A stretch of DNA of 64,000 nt, taken from the NCBI RefSeq assembly GCF_988243305.1, contig NZ_OZ547136.1; one strand, written 5' to 3'. Made by a program: the position numbers and the translations under genes. The notes below the pieces were generated by a model. The model saw only the letters and a list, made by a program, of their open reading frames with translations, searched no databases and was not told the DNA's origin. Below are positions 21,290 through 31,164 of this stretch, piece after piece (within the stretch, counting starts at the first letter, position 1; the number at the start of each line of letters is the position of its first letter).

Positions 21290-21475
21290 TCCTTCTTTTC
21301 ATACCAACCCACCCCGCCCCACAGAATGCAGGGCAATACTTCGAGTTACCAGGCAGTGGTCAGGGGTTAAGTAGCCAGCCCGAGGCGTAAGAACATGACG
21401 GCAGGGTTCAACTTTAATAACTATGCAGCAGGTTTTTGTTCCGCTACCCCGGCGTTAAGGGGAAATGAGGTCAGC

Positions 21476-21631
21476 ATGGATACTATCGATCTTGGCAACA
21501 GCGAATCTCTGGTATGTGGCGTGTTCCCCAACCAAGACGGTACGTTCACCGCGATGACGTATACCAAAAGCAAAACGTTTAAAACCGAAAATGGTGCCCG
21601 TCGCTGGCTGGAAAGAAACTCAGGTGAGTGA
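21476..21631 (+). CDS. Small early-left-operon protein (51 aa)
   Basis: ATG with SD aaggggaaatgagg; MDTIDLGNSESLVCGVFPNQDGTFTAMTYTKSKTFKTENGARRWLERNSGE. Confidence 0.45.
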   Translation: MDTIDLGNSESLVCGVFPNQDGTFTAMTYTKSKTFKTENGARRWLERNSGE

Positions 21632-21632
21632 T

Positions 21633-21761
21633 ATGGATTTCGACACAATCATGGAAAAGGCTTACGAAGAATACTTCGAAGGTCTTGCCGAAGGCGAAGA
21701 AGCTCTCAGCTTCAACGAATTTAAACAGGCGCTTTCCAGTTCGGCAAAATCTAACGGCTGA
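21633..21761 (+). CDS. Small early-left-operon protein (42 aa, acidic)
   Basis: MDFDTIMEKAYEEYFEGLAEGEEALSFNEFKQALSSSAKSNG; start 2 nt after preceding stop; too short for ORF track. Confidence 0.4.
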   Translation: MDFDTIMEKAYEEYFEGLAEGEEALSFNEFKQALSSSAKSNG

Positions 21762-21790
21762 TAAGCGAAACAGCACCGCGAGGAATCAGT

Positions 21791-22006
21791 ATGCAGAAAC
21801 GAGAACCCGTCATCATCGCGCCAGACTATACCGATGATGAACTTTATGAGTGGATGCACCAGAAAATTAATGCAGCGCAGGATCTGAAATGGGCCAATGA
21901 AGCTAGGGCTAAGCAGGCTGAAAATCTGTCCGCTCTGGAGCAGGATATCACCAATCTGGAAAAAGCAGCAGCATTAAGCATTGCCAGAATGATTACAGGT
22001 TGGTAA
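21791..22006 (+). CDS. Small early-left-operon protein (71 aa)
   Basis: ORF MQKREPVIIAPDYTDDELYEWMHQKINAAQDLKWANEARAKQAENLSALEQDITNLEKAAALSIARMITGW. Confidence 0.45.
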   Translation: MQKREPVIIAPDYTDDELYEWMHQKINAAQDLKWANEARAKQAENLSALEQDITNLEKAAALSIARMITGW

Positions 22007-22545
22007 TAAAGGAGTTCTCCACGGGTGAGGTGGAGTGCGTGTGCCGGACACGGGTGAGCATCCGGCACTGACAGTTTACTGAAAGGATATTTCCCTGAAA
22101 AGTCAGACCATAACGCGAAAGCGCACGGCGAGGTAGCTGGTTCATAGATAGCCTGTCGTTAAATTTTCGTCGACCGTGCGCTTCCGGTTGTGGCAATCCG
22201 CGAAATGGCGCGGCGGTAAGTATGGCGGGGTTATTCCTTCCCCCGTTGAGGACACCGGGTTGTCAGGTTGACCATACGCTTAAGTGACAACCCCGCTGCA
22301 ACGCCCTCTGTTATCAATTTTCTGGTGACGTTTGGCGGTATCAGTTTTACTCCGTGACTGCTCTGCCGCCCTTTTTAAAGTGAATTTTGTGATGTGGTGA
22401 ATGCGGCTGAGCGCACGCGGAACAGTTAAAACCAAAAACAGTGTTATGGGTGGATTCTCTGTATCCGGCGTTAATTGTTAACTGGTTAACGTCACCTGGA
22501 GGCACCAGGCACCGCATCACAAAATTCATTGTTGAGGACGCGATA

Positions 22546-22734
22546 ATGAAAACGTTATTACCAAACGTTAATACGTCTGAAGGTTGTTTTGAAATTGGTG
22601 TCACTATCAGTAACCCAGTATTTACTGAAGATGCCATTAACAAGAGAAAACAAGAACGGGAGCTATTAAATAAAATATGCATTGTTTCAATGCTGGCTCG
22701 TTTACGTCTGATGCCAAAAAGATGTGCACAATGA
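22546..22734 (+). CDS. ralR: RalR (Lar) restriction-alleviation protein / type I toxin
   Basis: 62-aa product MKTLLPNVNTSEGCFEIGVTISNPVFTEDAINKRKQERELLNKICIVSMLARLRLMPKRCAQ, recalled as rac RalR; track ORF has upstream extension. Confidence 0.8.
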   Translation: MKTLLPNVNTSEGCFEIGVTISNPVFTEDAINKRKQERELLNKICIVSMLARLRLMPKRCAQ

Positions 22735-22922
22735 ATTCAGCATTTGCGCTTGTTCTGACAGTTTTTCTTGTTTCCGGAGAGCCAGTTGATATTGCAGTCA
22801 GTGTTCACAGGACAATGCAGGAGTGTATGACTGCAGCAACCGAACAGAAAATTCCCGGTAACTGTTACCCGGTCGATAAAGTTATTCACCAGGATAATAT
22901 CGAAATCCCGGCAGGTCTTTAA
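22731..22922 (+). CDS. Small secreted or membrane protein (rac YdaC-like position)
   Basis: MNSAFALVLTVFLVSGEPVDIAVSVHRTMQECMTAATEQKIPGNCYPVDKVIHQDNIEIPAGL; ATGA overlap with ralR stop. Confidence 0.5.
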   Translation: MNSAFALVLTVFLVSGEPVDIAVSVHRTMQECMTAATEQKIPGNCYPVDKVIHQDNIEIPAGL

Positions 22923-23015
22923 AACAGTTCCGTAATAAATATCCGGTTTCATTCTTATATGCCAGCAATGGCAGGGATTTATTCATCCTTAAATCTGTCA
23001 TGAGGTTAAAATAAA

Positions 23016-25487
23016 ATGAGTAAAGTCTTTATTTGCGCCGCTATTCCTGACGAACTGGCAACAAGGGAAGAAGGCGCTGTGGCTGTAGCCACAGCCATTG
23101 AAGCTGGCGACGAACGCCGTGCTCGAGCAAAATTTCACTGGCAATTCCTGGAACATTATCCGGCTGCTCAGGACTGCGCTTATAAATTTATTGTCTGCGA
23201 GGATAAACCTGGCATACCCCGCCCAGCCCTCGATTCATGGGATGCTGAATATATGCAGGAAAACCGCTGGGATGAGGATTCTGCTTCTTTTGTTCCGGTT
23301 GAGACTGAATCCGATCCGATGAACGTCACTTTTGACAAGCTGGCCCCTGAAGTACAGAACGCTGTCATGGTTAAGTTCGACACATGTGAAAACATCACCG
23401 TTGATATGATTATTAGCGCGCAGGAATTGTTGCAGGAAGACATGGCAACATTCGACGGACATATCGTTGAAGCGTTGATGAAAATGCCAGAAGTTAACGC
23501 CATGTATCCGGAGCTTAAGTTGCACGCCATTGGGTGGGTTAAGCATAAATGTATTCCTAGTGCTAAATGGCCCGAAATTCAGGCAGAGATGCGCATCTGG
23601 AAAAAACGTCGCGAAGGTGAACGCAAGGAAACCGGAAAATACACGTCTGTTGTTGATCTCGCCCGCGCCAGAACCAATCAACAGTACACTGAAAATTCAA
23701 CAGGAAAAATCTGCCCGGTCATTGCTGCCATTCATCGCGAATACAAGCAGACATGGAAAACACTGGATGACGAACTGGCCTACGCTCTCTGGCCTGGTGA
23801 TGTGGGTGCCGGAAACATTGACGGCAGCATCCATCGCTGGGCAAAAAAAGAAGTTATCGACAACGACCGCGAAGACTGGAAGCGTATCTCGGCATCAATG
23901 CGCAAACAGCCTGATGCCCTTCGCTACGACCGCCAAACTATTTTTGGCCTTGTCCGTGAGCGTCCGATCGACATTCACAAAGATCCCGTAGCACTGAACA
24001 AATATATCTGCGAATACCTGACGACAAAGGGCGCGTTTGAGAATGAAGAAACAGACCTGGGCACTGTTGATGTTCTCCAGTCATCAGAAACACAAACTGA
24101 TGCAGTGGAAACTGAGGTATCTGATATCCCAAAAAATGAAACCGCGCCGGAAGCTGAACCATCTGTAGAGCGTGAGGGGCCGTTCTATTTCCTCTTCGCA
24201 GATAAGGACGGAGAAAAATACGGTCGCGCAAACAAACTTTCTGGTCTGGATAAGGCACTGGCTGCTGGCGCCACTGAAATCACAAAAGAAGAATATTTTG
24301 CCCGAAAAAATGGCACATACACGGGCTTACCGCAAAATGTAGATACCGCTGAAGATTCAGAACAACCAGAGCCGATAAAAGTTACCGCTGACGAAGTAAA
24401 CAAAATTATGCAGGCAGCCAATATCAGCCAGCCTGACGCCGATAAGTTGCTTGCTGCATCACGTGGTGAATTTGTTGAAGGGATTAGTGACCCGAATGAT
24501 CCGAAATGGGTTAAGGGGATCCAGACCCGCGATTCTGTGAACCAGAACCAGCATGAATCGGAACGGAACTACCAAAAAGCGGAACAAAACAGTCCAAATG
24601 CGTTACAAAACGAGCCAGAAACGAAACAGCCTGAACCAGTGGCGCAACAGGAAGTGGAAAAAGCCTGCACCGCCTGCGGTCAGACCGGCGGCGGCAACTG
24701 CCCTGATTGTGGCGCGGTGATGGGCGACGCAACATACCAAGAAACATTCGATGAAGAGTATCAGGTTGAAGTTCAGGAAGATGATCCGGAGGAAATGGAA
24801 GGCGCTGAACATCCACACAAGGAGAACACTGGCGGCAATCAGCATCACAATAGCGATAATGAAACTGGCGAGACGGCAGATCACCCAATTAAGGTGAACG
24901 GTCATCACGAAATCACATCCACCAGCAGGACGTGTGACCATCTAATGATCGACCTTGAAACCATGGGAAAAAATCCTGATGCCCCGATCATCTCAATAGG
25001 TGCAATATTTTTCGATCCGCAAACCGGAGATATGGGACCGGAATTTAGTAAGACTATCGATCTGGAAACTGCTGGCGGAGTCATTGATCGGGACACCATT
25101 AAATGGTGGCTTAAGCAATCACGCGAAGCGCAATCTGCCATTATGACCGATGAAATCCCGTTAGATGATGCACTGTTACAATTGCGGGAATTTATCGACG
25201 AAAACTCCGGTGAATTTTTTGTTCATGTCTGGGGAAATGGAGCCAACTTCGACAACACGATTTTGCGCCGTTCATACGAACGGCAGGGGATCCCCTGCCC
25301 GTGGCGTTACTACAACGATCGCGATGTACGCACAATCGTTGAGCTGGGGAAAGCCATAGACTTCGATGCCAGAACGGCTATTCCATTCGAAGGTGAGCGC
25401 CATAATGCACTTGATGACGCCCGTTACCAGGCAAAATACGTTTCAGTTATCTGGCAAAAACTGATCCCGAGTCAGGCTGATTCTTAA
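23016..25487 (+). CDS. Large early-operon protein with C-terminal DnaQ-like (DEDDh) 3'-5' exonuclease domain, in the recE position
   Basis: 823-aa ORF; C-terminal ~180 aa carry Exo motifs MIDLETMG (D-x-E), VWGNGANFDNTIL, HNALDDARYQAKY (H-x-A-L-x-D-A); central acidic linker with CxxC...CxxC; no recT-like gene follows. Confidence 0.6.
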   Translation: MSKVFICAAIPDELATREEGAVAVATAIEAGDERRARAKFHWQFLEHYPAAQDCAYKFIVCEDKPGIPRPALDSWDAEYMQENRWDEDSASFVPVETESDPMNVTFDKLAPEVQNAVMVKFDTCENITVDMIISAQELLQEDMATFDGHIVEALMKMPEVNAMYPELKLHAIGWVKHKCIPSAKWPEIQAEMRIWKKRREGERKETGKYTSVVDLARARTNQQYTENSTGKICPVIAAIHREYKQTWKTLDDELAYALWPGDVGAGNIDGSIHRWAKKEVIDNDREDWKRISASMRKQPDALRYDRQTIFGLVRERPIDIHKDPVALNKYICEYLTTKGAFENEETDLGTVDVLQSSETQTDAVETEVSDIPKNETAPEAEPSVEREGPFYFLFADKDGEKYGRANKLSGLDKALAAGATEITKEEYFARKNGTYTGLPQNVDTAEDSEQPEPIKVTADEVNKIMQAANISQPDADKLLAASRGEFVEGISDPNDPKWVKGIQTRDSVNQNQHESERNYQKAEQNSPNALQNEPETKQPEPVAQQEVEKACTACGQTGGGNCPDCGAVMGDATYQETFDEEYQVEVQEDDPEEMEGAEHPHKENTGGNQHHNSDNETGETADHPIKVNGHHEITSTSRTCDHLMIDLETMGKNPDAPIISIGAIFFDPQTGDMGPEFSKTIDLETAGGVIDRDTIKWWLKQSREAQSAIMTDEIPLDDALLQLREFIDENSGEFFVHVWGNGANFDNTILRRSYERQGIPCPWRYYNDRDVRTIVELGKAIDFDARTAIPFEGERHNALDDARYQAKYVSVIWQKLIPSQADS

Positions 25488-25559
25488 TGTTCAACTGTCG
25501 CCGGTTGTGACTGGTATTCTGCAACCGGCGCTCGTCTAATGTAAGAGATAAAGAAATCG

Positions 25560-25811
25560 ATGAGCGAAGTAATCATGATTGTCTCTCCCGGCAAATGGGT
25601 ATCCGAAGAGCAGTTAATTGCGCTGAAAGGAATAAAAAAAGGTACGTTAAAAAAGGCCCGGGAAAAATCGTTTATGGAAGGAAGGGAATATAAGCATGTC
25701 GCTCATGACGGTATGCCATGGGATAACAGCCCATGCTTTTACAACCTGGAAGAAATTGATCGCTGGATTGAGCGCCAGGCATCAGCGAGACCAAGACGTC
25801 ATCTTACTTGA
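25560..25811 (+). CDS. Excisionase-like protein (xis position); start may be an internal Met
   Basis: 83-aa ORF immediately upstream of integrase. Confidence 0.5.
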   Translation: MSEVIMIVSPGKWVSEEQLIALKGIKKGTLKKAREKSFMEGREYKHVAHDGMPWDNSPCFYNLEEIDRWIERQASARPRRHLT

Positions 25812-25845
25812 CTAAAAGCCACACTAACTAATGAGAGAAGTTGAA

Positions 25846-27126
25846 ATGAAATATCCGACAGGCGTGGAAAACCATGGAGGGAAATTACGTATCTGGTTTG
25901 TTTATAAAGGCGTAAGAGTCAGGGAAAATCTGGGGGTTCCTGACACAGCAAAAAACAGGCGCGTTGCAGGTGAACTACGCGCCTCTGTTTGTTACGCAAT
26001 AAAAACTGGTGTTTTCGACTATGCAAAACAGTTTCCCTCCTCACGCAATCTGGAAAAATTTGGTGAGGCCCGACAAGATTTAACCATAAAAGAACTGGCT
26101 GAAAAATTTCTGGCACTGAAAGAAACTGAAGTCGCAAAAACATCACTCAACACATACCGTGCCGTCATCAAAAATATCCTGAGCATAATCGGTGAAAAAA
26201 ATCTTGCCTCATCGATTAATAAAGAAAAATTACTGGAGGTTCGTAAAGAGCTACTGACTGGATACCAGATCCCCAAAAGTAACTATATTGTTACACAACC
26301 AGGGAGATCGGCTGTAACTGTAAATAATTACATGACAAATCTTAACGCCGTGTTCCAGTTTGGTGTTGATAACGGTTACCTGGCAGATAACCCGTTTAAG
26401 GGGATCTCGCCATTAAAGGAATCAAGAACCATTCCGGATCCTCTTTCGCGGGAGGAATTCATCCGTCTTATCGATGAGTGCAGAAATCAGCAAGCCAAAA
26501 ATTTATGGTGTGTTTCTGTTTATACTGGCGTTCGCCCTGGTGAGCTGTGTGCACTTGGATGGGAGGACATAGATCTGAAAAATGGAACAATGATGATCAG
26601 GAGAAATTTAGCAAAAGACCGTTTCACGGTACCAAAAACACAGGCGGGAACCAATCGGGTCATTCATCTTATTAAGCCAGCAATCGACGCTCTCCGGAGT
26701 CAGATGACATTAACGAGACTGAGCAAAGAGCATATCATTGATGTTCACCTCAGAGAGTATGGCAGAACAGAAAAACATAAATGCACCTTTGTTTTTCAAC
26801 CTGAAGTGTCAGCGAGAGTAAAAAATTATGGTGACCATTTTACCGTTGACTCAATAAGGCAGATGTGGGACGCAGCGATAAAACGTGCCGGACTCCGCCA
26901 TCGAAAATCATATCAGTCGAGACATACTTATGCCTGCTGGTCGCTGACTGCTGGTGCTAACCCGGCATTTATAGCAAACCAGATGGGCCATGCAGATGCG
27001 CAAATGGTATTTCAGGTATACGGAAAATGGATGTCTGAAAACAATAATGCACAGGTAGCTTTGTTAAATACACAGTTAAGCGAGTTTGCCCCAACCATGC
27101 CCCATAACGAAGCAATGAAAAATTAA
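25846..27126 (+). CDS. Tyrosine integrase (lambda family, rac IntR-like)
   Basis: MKYPTGVENHGGKLRIWFVYKGVRVRENLGVPDTAKNRRVAGELRASVCYAIKTGVFDYAK...; catalytic region with ...HTYACWSLTAGANPAFIANQMGHAD...VYGKWM; track ORF starts 5 codons earlier. Confidence 0.9.
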   Translation: MKYPTGVENHGGKLRIWFVYKGVRVRENLGVPDTAKNRRVAGELRASVCYAIKTGVFDYAKQFPSSRNLEKFGEARQDLTIKELAEKFLALKETEVAKTSLNTYRAVIKNILSIIGEKNLASSINKEKLLEVRKELLTGYQIPKSNYIVTQPGRSAVTVNNYMTNLNAVFQFGVDNGYLADNPFKGISPLKESRTIPDPLSREEFIRLIDECRNQQAKNLWCVSVYTGVRPGELCALGWEDIDLKNGTMMIRRNLAKDRFTVPKTQAGTNRVIHLIKPAIDALRSQMTLTRLSKEHIIDVHLREYGRTEKHKCTFVFQPEVSARVKNYGDHFTVDSIRQMWDAAIKRAGLRHRKSYQSRHTYACWSLTAGANPAFIANQMGHADAQMVFQVYGKWMSENNNAQVALLNTQLSEFAPTMPHNEAMKN

Positions 27127-27313
27127 TTTAATATTTATCAAATAGTTGACACGTATGACTCTTGAAATCCATAAATTCAAGCGCAGTGCCCAGCCATCCC
27201 GATACTGCTGCTTTCACCAAATCCTTAGTGCTTCTTTCGTGTTTTTCTATTGTCATAATGGTTATCTCTAAAAAAGAGGTAAGATGCGTACTACTTACTC
27301 GCCGTTATTGGTA

Positions 27314-28333
27314 TTATTCAGAAAAAGTGAGTAAGACTTTGCAGCAATGTTTTTGATCCTGTTCAAATAAACTAATGGCATCAGCAACATGCTGGAAATC
27401 AAACGTATGGGTAATTAATTTTTCTGGTTTAATTAACCCTTTACTTAACCAGTCGATAACGACCGGAAATTTATTTGCATTTAAGCGTGAAGAGAAAATA
27501 GAGAGTTCTTTTCCGGTAATTCCTTGCTGAATCACTTCAGACGGTTCACTGGAGAAGCCCATCAATACAATACGTGCCGCTGGAGAAGCCAGCGTTACGG
27601 CTTCTTTCAGGATTGAAGGATGACAAGCCGCATCGATAATTAATGTCGGCTTTATGCCTTTTTCAGCGAAAATCTCGCCAAGCGGTGTCTGGCTGTTATT
27701 AATCGCCCAGTCTGCCCCGCTCTCTTTCGCTTTTTCCAGTCGTTCATCAATGCGATCGGCAACAATCACATTCTTAACGTTATAGACGCCTTTTAATACC
27801 TGAACGATCGTCAGGCCGATTGGACCGGCACCGTAAACCAGAACGGTATCATTTTCAGTCGGTTGACCATGACCGGTAACGTTAGCCGCAATGGTAAAAG
27901 GTTCGATCATCACCGCATATTGATCGGCCACTGCTTCAGGAATTTTCCACGCATTTTTTGCCGGCACCACGGCATATTCACTGAAACCACCGTCAGCGTG
28001 CACACCTAATACAGCCAGTGTCGTACAAACGTTCGGTTTACCTATAGAGCACGGATAGCAATGCCCACAGCTGACCACCGGATCGACTGCAACACGTTCA
28101 CCGACTCTGGCGCTTTCCACGCCTTCACCCACTGCATCAATGACGCCAAAGAATTCATGACCAATGACGCGCGGATATTTCGCAAAAGGATTATGCCCAC
28201 GATAAATATGGCTATCTGAACCACAAATTCCGGCAAGTTTTACTTTTACTCGTACTTCACCCGCTGACGGGGTGGGTATTTCACGTTCGACAATCGCCAG
28301 TTGATTCGGTTTTTCAATTAATATGCTTTTCAT
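27314..28333 (-). CDS. rspB: Zinc-binding alcohol dehydrogenase family protein RspB
   Basis: MKSILIEKPNQLAIVEREIPTPSAGEVRVKVKLAGICGSDSHIYRGHNPFAKYPRVIGHEF...; recalled as E. coli RspB. Confidence 0.9.
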   Translation of the reverse strand: MKSILIEKPNQLAIVEREIPTPSAGEVRVKVKLAGICGSDSHIYRGHNPFAKYPRVIGHEFFGVIDAVGEGVESARVGERVAVDPVVSCGHCYPCSIGKPNVCTTLAVLGVHADGGFSEYAVVPAKNAWKIPEAVADQYAVMIEPFTIAANVTGHGQPTENDTVLVYGAGPIGLTIVQVLKGVYNVKNVIVADRIDERLEKAKESGADWAINNSQTPLGEIFAEKGIKPTLIIDAACHPSILKEAVTLASPAARIVLMGFSSEPSEVIQQGITGKELSIFSSRLNANKFPVVIDWLSKGLIKPEKLITHTFDFQHVADAISLFEQDQKHCCKVLLTFSE

Positions 28334-28344
28334 TATCTTACTCC

Positions 28345-29559
28345 TTACCAGTTCCACAGCGTGCCATCTTCCAGACGTGCGACTGGTAGATAAGCAGGTT
28401 CATAGGGATATTTCGCCGCCAGCTTTTCATCGAATTCGATGCCAAGACCCGGTTTGTTTCCCGGATGCATATAGCCGTTATCGAAAGTCCAGTTGTGCGG
28501 GAAGACTTCAAGCATTTGTTCGGAATAACCCATGTACTCCTGGACACCGAAATTGGGGACCCACAGATCAAAGTGCAGCGCCGCAGCCATGCAGACTGGT
28601 GACAAATCGGAAGGACCGTGTGAGCCAGTACGTACCTGATACAACGAAGCAAAATCGGCAATCCGGCGCATACCGGTAATGCCACCCGCGTGGGTCAGCG
28701 TAGTGCGGATATAATCGATAAGTTGCTCTTCAATCAGTTGCTTGCAGTCCCAGATGCTGTTGAAGACTTCACCCACCGCGATGGGTGTGACGGTATGTTG
28801 GCGAATGAGACGGAAGCATTCCTGGTTTTCCGCAGGCGTCGGGTCTTCCATCCAGAACATGCGATAATCTTCAATGCTTTTACCAAAGCGCGCCGCTTCA
28901 ATAGGCGTTAAGCGATGGTGCATGTCATGCAGCAAATGTTCATTAAAACCAAACTTGTTACGTACCGCGTCAAACAATTTCGGCATAAAATCGAGGTATT
29001 TCTCCGTCGACCACAGCTGCTCTTCCGGCCACTGTCCTTTAGTTGCGGGTTCATAAGCCAGACCTTTACCTTTCGACATGCCGTAGGTGGTTTTCATACC
29101 AGGGATTCCGCACTGCACGCGGATGGCTTTGAATCCCAGCTCCTGATGACGAGCATAATCATCCAGAGCTTCATCAATACTGTGACCGGTGGTATGGCAA
29201 TAAACCATCACCCCTTCACGAGACGCGCCGCCGAGTAACTGGTAAAGCGGCATGTTGGCAGCTTTGGCTTTAATATCCCACAGCGCCATATCAACCGCTG
29301 AAATGGCCGACATCGTAACCGGACCGCGACGCCAGTAAGCACCTTTATAGAAAAACTGCCAGATATCTTCGATACGGTGCGCATCGCGACCAATAAGCTG
29401 CGGACAAAGGTGATCCTGCAAATAAGAGGCCACGGAAAGCTCACGTCCATTGAGGGTGGCATCCCCAAGGCCCGTAATACCGTCCTCAGTGGTGATTTTT
29501 AATGTGACGAAATTACGCCCCGGACAGGTAACAAAAACTTCAGCCTTTACGATCTTCAT
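28345..29559 (-). CDS. rspA: Starvation-sensing protein RspA (enolase-superfamily dehydratase)
   Basis: [59 protein letters not shown]...; recalled as E. coli RspA. Confidence 0.9.
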   Translation of the reverse strand: MKIVKAEVFVTCPGRNFVTLKITTEDGITGLGDATLNGRELSVASYLQDHLCPQLIGRDAHRIEDIWQFFYKGAYWRRGPVTMSAISAVDMALWDIKAKAANMPLYQLLGGASREGVMVYCHTTGHSIDEALDDYARHQELGFKAIRVQCGIPGMKTTYGMSKGKGLAYEPATKGQWPEEQLWSTEKYLDFMPKLFDAVRNKFGFNEHLLHDMHHRLTPIEAARFGKSIEDYRMFWMEDPTPAENQECFRLIRQHTVTPIAVGEVFNSIWDCKQLIEEQLIDYIRTTLTHAGGITGMRRIADFASLYQVRTGSHGPSDLSPVCMAAALHFDLWVPNFGVQEYMGYSEQMLEVFPHNWTFDNGYMHPGNKPGLGIEFDEKLAAKYPYEPAYLPVARLEDGTLWNW

Positions 29560-29764
29560 GTTCGATTCCTTGCATCGCTTGTCATGATGCATGAAATCTA
29601 CGCAACTGAGCTACTACCATACAAGTATGAAGATCAAAAAAAGCCGGAGTGATCACAAAAAAAGGCGTATATTTGCGCCGTGAATGGTTGACAAAAGATG
29701 AAATAGAATACCTTTTGTCAGCTGACACTTCCTTGTATCTTATTGATAAAATGGATTTATGTCC

Positions 29765-30091
29765 TTACGCGCGCCCCCAGCCCGCAACAATGATCAACAT
29801 GCCGCAAAGCGCAATCAACGCCCCCGTCCAGTCATAAAGACTCAGTTTCACGCCATCCACAACGCGCAGCCACATCAACGCCGTGCAGACATAAACGCCA
29901 CCATAAGCCGCGTAAACACGCCCACTCGCCGCAGGATGCAACGTTAACAACCAGACAAACAGTGCCAGAGAAATCCCCGCCGGAAGTAACAGCCAGATAC
30001 TGGCGTTTCGTTTTAACCACAACCAGGGCAGAAAGCATCCAATAATTTCACACAGCGCAGTAGCAAAAAATAGTAACGTTGTTTTAATCAT
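29765..30091 (-). CDS. ynfA: UPF0060 inner-membrane protein YnfA
   Basis: [68 protein letters not shown]... Confidence 0.85.
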
Positions 30092-30225
30092 CTTTGTCAC
30101 TTATTGACATCATGTATAGTTATAGGACGACATAATATCATCAATATAAACATCCTCCTGGTACGTTTTGCGTTCGCAGTGGATGGTGTAGAATCACCTT
30201 TAATCATTCATACAGGGAATGAATT

Positions 30226-30567
30226 ATGAAAATTACTCTCAGCAAACGAATTGGCCTGCTCGCTTTTCTGCTGCCTTGCGCAATGGCATTGAGCACAACT
30301 GTTCATGCCGAAACTAACAAACTGGTGATTGAGTCTGGCGACAGTGCACAAAGCCGCCAGCACGCCGCTATGGAAAAAGAGCAATGGAATGACACGCGCA
30401 ATCTGCGCCAGAAAGTGAATAAACGCACTGAAAAAGAGTGGGATAAAGCCGACGCCGCTTTTGATAACCGCGATAAATGTGAGCAAAGCGCCAACATCAA
30501 TGCCTACTGGGAGCCAAATACTTTGCGCTGCCTGGACCGTCGAACTGGCCGCGTTATTACCCCCTAA
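30226..30567 (+). CDS. ynfB: Secreted protein YnfB (UPF0482)
   Basis: 113-aa ORF with signal peptide [28 protein letters not shown]. Confidence 0.85.
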   Translation: MKITLSKRIGLLAFLLPCAMALSTTVHAETNKLVIESGDSAQSRQHAAMEKEQWNDTRNLRQKVNKRTEKEWDKADAAFDNRDKCEQSANINAYWEPNTLRCLDRRTGRVITP

Positions 30568-30601
30568 CCTGTTATTGATTTAAGGAATGTAAGGACACGT
30601 T

Positions 30602-31162
30602 ATGCCAAGCGCCCACAGTGTTAAGCTACGCCCGCTGGAGCGTGAAGATTTACGCTATGTACATCAACTCGACAATAACGCCAGTGTGATGCGTTACTGG
30701 TTTGAGGAACCCTACGAAGCCTTTGTTGAACTCTCTGATCTGTACGATAAGCATATTCACGATCAGAGCGAACGGCGCTTTGTGGTGGAATGTGACGGCG
30801 AAAAAGCCGGTCTGGTGGAGCTGGTGGAAATTAACCATGTTCATCGCCGCGCAGAATTTCAGATAATTATCTCCCCGGAGTATCAGGGGAAAGGTCTGGC
30901 AACGCGTGCCGCAAAATTAGCAATGGACTATGGCTTCACCGTTCTCAATCTCTATAAGCTGTATCTGATCGTCGATAAAGAGAATGAAAAAGCGATTCAC
31001 ATTTACCGCAAGCTTGGCTTTACGGTTGAAGGTGAATTGATGCATGAGTTCTTTATTAATGGTCAATATCGTAATGCCATTCGCATGTGCATATTCCAGC
31101 ATCAGTATCTGGCAGAGCACAAAACACCGGGTCAGACTCTCCTGAAGCCGACCGCACAATAG
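30602..31162 (+). CDS. speG: Spermidine N1-acetyltransferase
   Basis: 186-aa [51 protein letters not shown]... Confidence 0.9.
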   Translation: MPSAHSVKLRPLEREDLRYVHQLDNNASVMRYWFEEPYEAFVELSDLYDKHIHDQSERRFVVECDGEKAGLVELVEINHVHRRAEFQIIISPEYQGKGLATRAAKLAMDYGFTVLNLYKLYLIVDKENEKAIHIYRKLGFTVEGELMHEFFINGQYRNAIRMCIFQHQYLAEHKTPGQTLLKPTAQ

Positions 31163-31164
31163 CA

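Noticed and set aside
24511-24941. Minus-strand ORFs 24511-24888 and 24603-24941
   Set aside because: Antisense to the 823-aa exonuclease-domain gene; low-complexity translations.
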